A stretch of DNA of 64,000 nucleotides from Strigamia acuminata (lineage: Eukaryota): NCBI GenBank assembly GCA_949358305.1, contig OX442314.1:4216001-4280000 (forward strand), written 5' to 3'. The notes under the pieces are model-generated. The model was not told where the DNA came from and ran no database searches. It worked only from the letters and a program-made list of their open reading frames with translations. The translations under genes were made by a program, and so were the position numbers. This document shows, in pieces, positions 63,167 through 64,000 of the stretch. How positions within the stretch are numbered: position 1 is the stretch's first letter; every line of letters begins with the position of its first letter.

Positions 63167-64000
63167 ATGGCACTACGTAAAACATGGGGACCATTAGACC
63201 CCGCTTGCATCACTCGTGGCGGGATATTTCGAGGCGCGCTGCCCGATTTTTACCGACGATGTTTCGGCGAAGACGCCGACCCTTGGCGCCTGCGAATACT
63301 ACATTCCCGATGCATCGCCCGACGTTGGGTACGAGACTGTACGCTCCTGGACACGTTCCCGGAGGGGATGCGCGAAGGCATCGCCACAGAGTTAGCTCGT
63401 GACGAGGACCCGAAATCGCCAATTTTCCACCCCGGATTGTCAAGTCAGTACACTGGCACTCCGGCGGAGGAACACGTGCTGCATGCGTGGCGAGCAGCCG
63501 AGACAGAAGAGGCCCGTGAGGCCATCTATCAGCAGTATAGACAACAGCTGGTGGATACCGCTGCGGCAGTGGCCGAGCGCATCCTCCAAAACGAGGGGAT
63601 GACCGCGGATGATATTCATCTGTGGTTTGAGAGGCTGCGATTGGGAGAGAGTACGCCCCAGTGGAGACCTCGGATGGGAATTTTGACGTCCCAAGCCGAG
63701 ATGTGGCAGCTCCACTACCTGGGGATTTTGGGGCCCAAGAGCAGCTACCCGCGGAAGCGCAAGCGCTCCAAAGGCGCCGGGGACAGCCAGTCGCGTTCCC
63801 CAGCGACAACCAAGAAGCAGCGTGTCGCTCAAAACACGACTGAAGGCAACGAAGCTGGGCCATCCACTAGTACGGTGCGTGACCCTTCGCAGTATTCCCG
63901 ACCGCGAATTTTCATAAACCGTCAGATTAAAGACGGTAAGGAGTGCAAGGAGGTTTGGATGTCTGGTGACGAAGAGCGAGTCTCTCGTCCCAGCACTTCT
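63167..64000 (+). CDS. ORF3 of the gypsy element, unknown function, runs off the window (at least 278 codons)
   Basis: Manual translation MALRKTWGPLDPACITRGG...RVSRPSTS has no stop; preceded directly by tttctccatccttccag. Confidence 0.75.
   Translation, partial: MALRKTWGPLDPACITRGGIFRGALPDFYRRCFGEDADPWRLRILHSRCIARRWVRDCTLLDTFPEGMREGIATELARDEDPKSPIFHPGLSSQYTGTPAEEHVLHAWRAAETEEAREAIYQQYRQQLVDTAAAVAERILQNEGMTADDIHLWFERLRLGESTPQWRPRMGILTSQAEMWQLHYLGILGPKSSYPRKRKRSKGAGDSQSRSPATTKKQRVAQNTTEGNEAGPSTSTVRDPSQYSRPRIFINRQIKDGKECKEVWMSGDEERVSRPSTS

Larger units (their letters stand above)
53484..64000 (+). mobile_element. Ty3/gypsy LTR retrotransposon (3' end outside the window)
   Basis: Inferred 5' LTR ~53484-54503 (TGTTGTG..CGCGACA; TA-rich tract at 54322, AATAAA at 54366); tRNA-Pro-like PBS TGGGGGCCTGTCCGGGAT at 54506-54523; intact gag and pol. 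Confidence 0.93.

Overview
AT-rich, intron-containing eukaryotic (invertebrate-like animal) DNA dominated by transposable elements; no prokaryotic features seen. The host gene is a + strand DEG/ENaC (pickpocket/ASIC-family) gene at ~10049-44645. Ten exons are well supported and one is tentative, and together they encode TWO ENaC subunits fused in one ~800-aa polypeptide. Its introns hold an intact, very young Ty1/copia element (15213-19956, -), many MITEs, Tc1, LINE and SWIM relics, and an intact non-autonomous LTR element (28971-38396). That element has 1912-bp apparently identical LTRs, a 4-bp TSD, a duplicated tRNA-Gln PBS and no gag/pol. Instead it carries one orphan 493-aa ORF behind its own CCAAT/TATA/Inr promoter, plus a two-fold symmetric CTE-like RNA hairpin and a CTCF motif in each LTR. 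The right end holds a Ty3/gypsy element (53484 to beyond the window) with a very long Gag, a doubled -1 frameshift signal, three bulged-A hairpins after pol, and a third ORF (63167->64000) that the ORF track missed. Shuffled copies of an unidentified exon-bearing repeat flank the host gene on both sides. Coordinates were counted by hand, and family names come from recognised motifs, not database searches.
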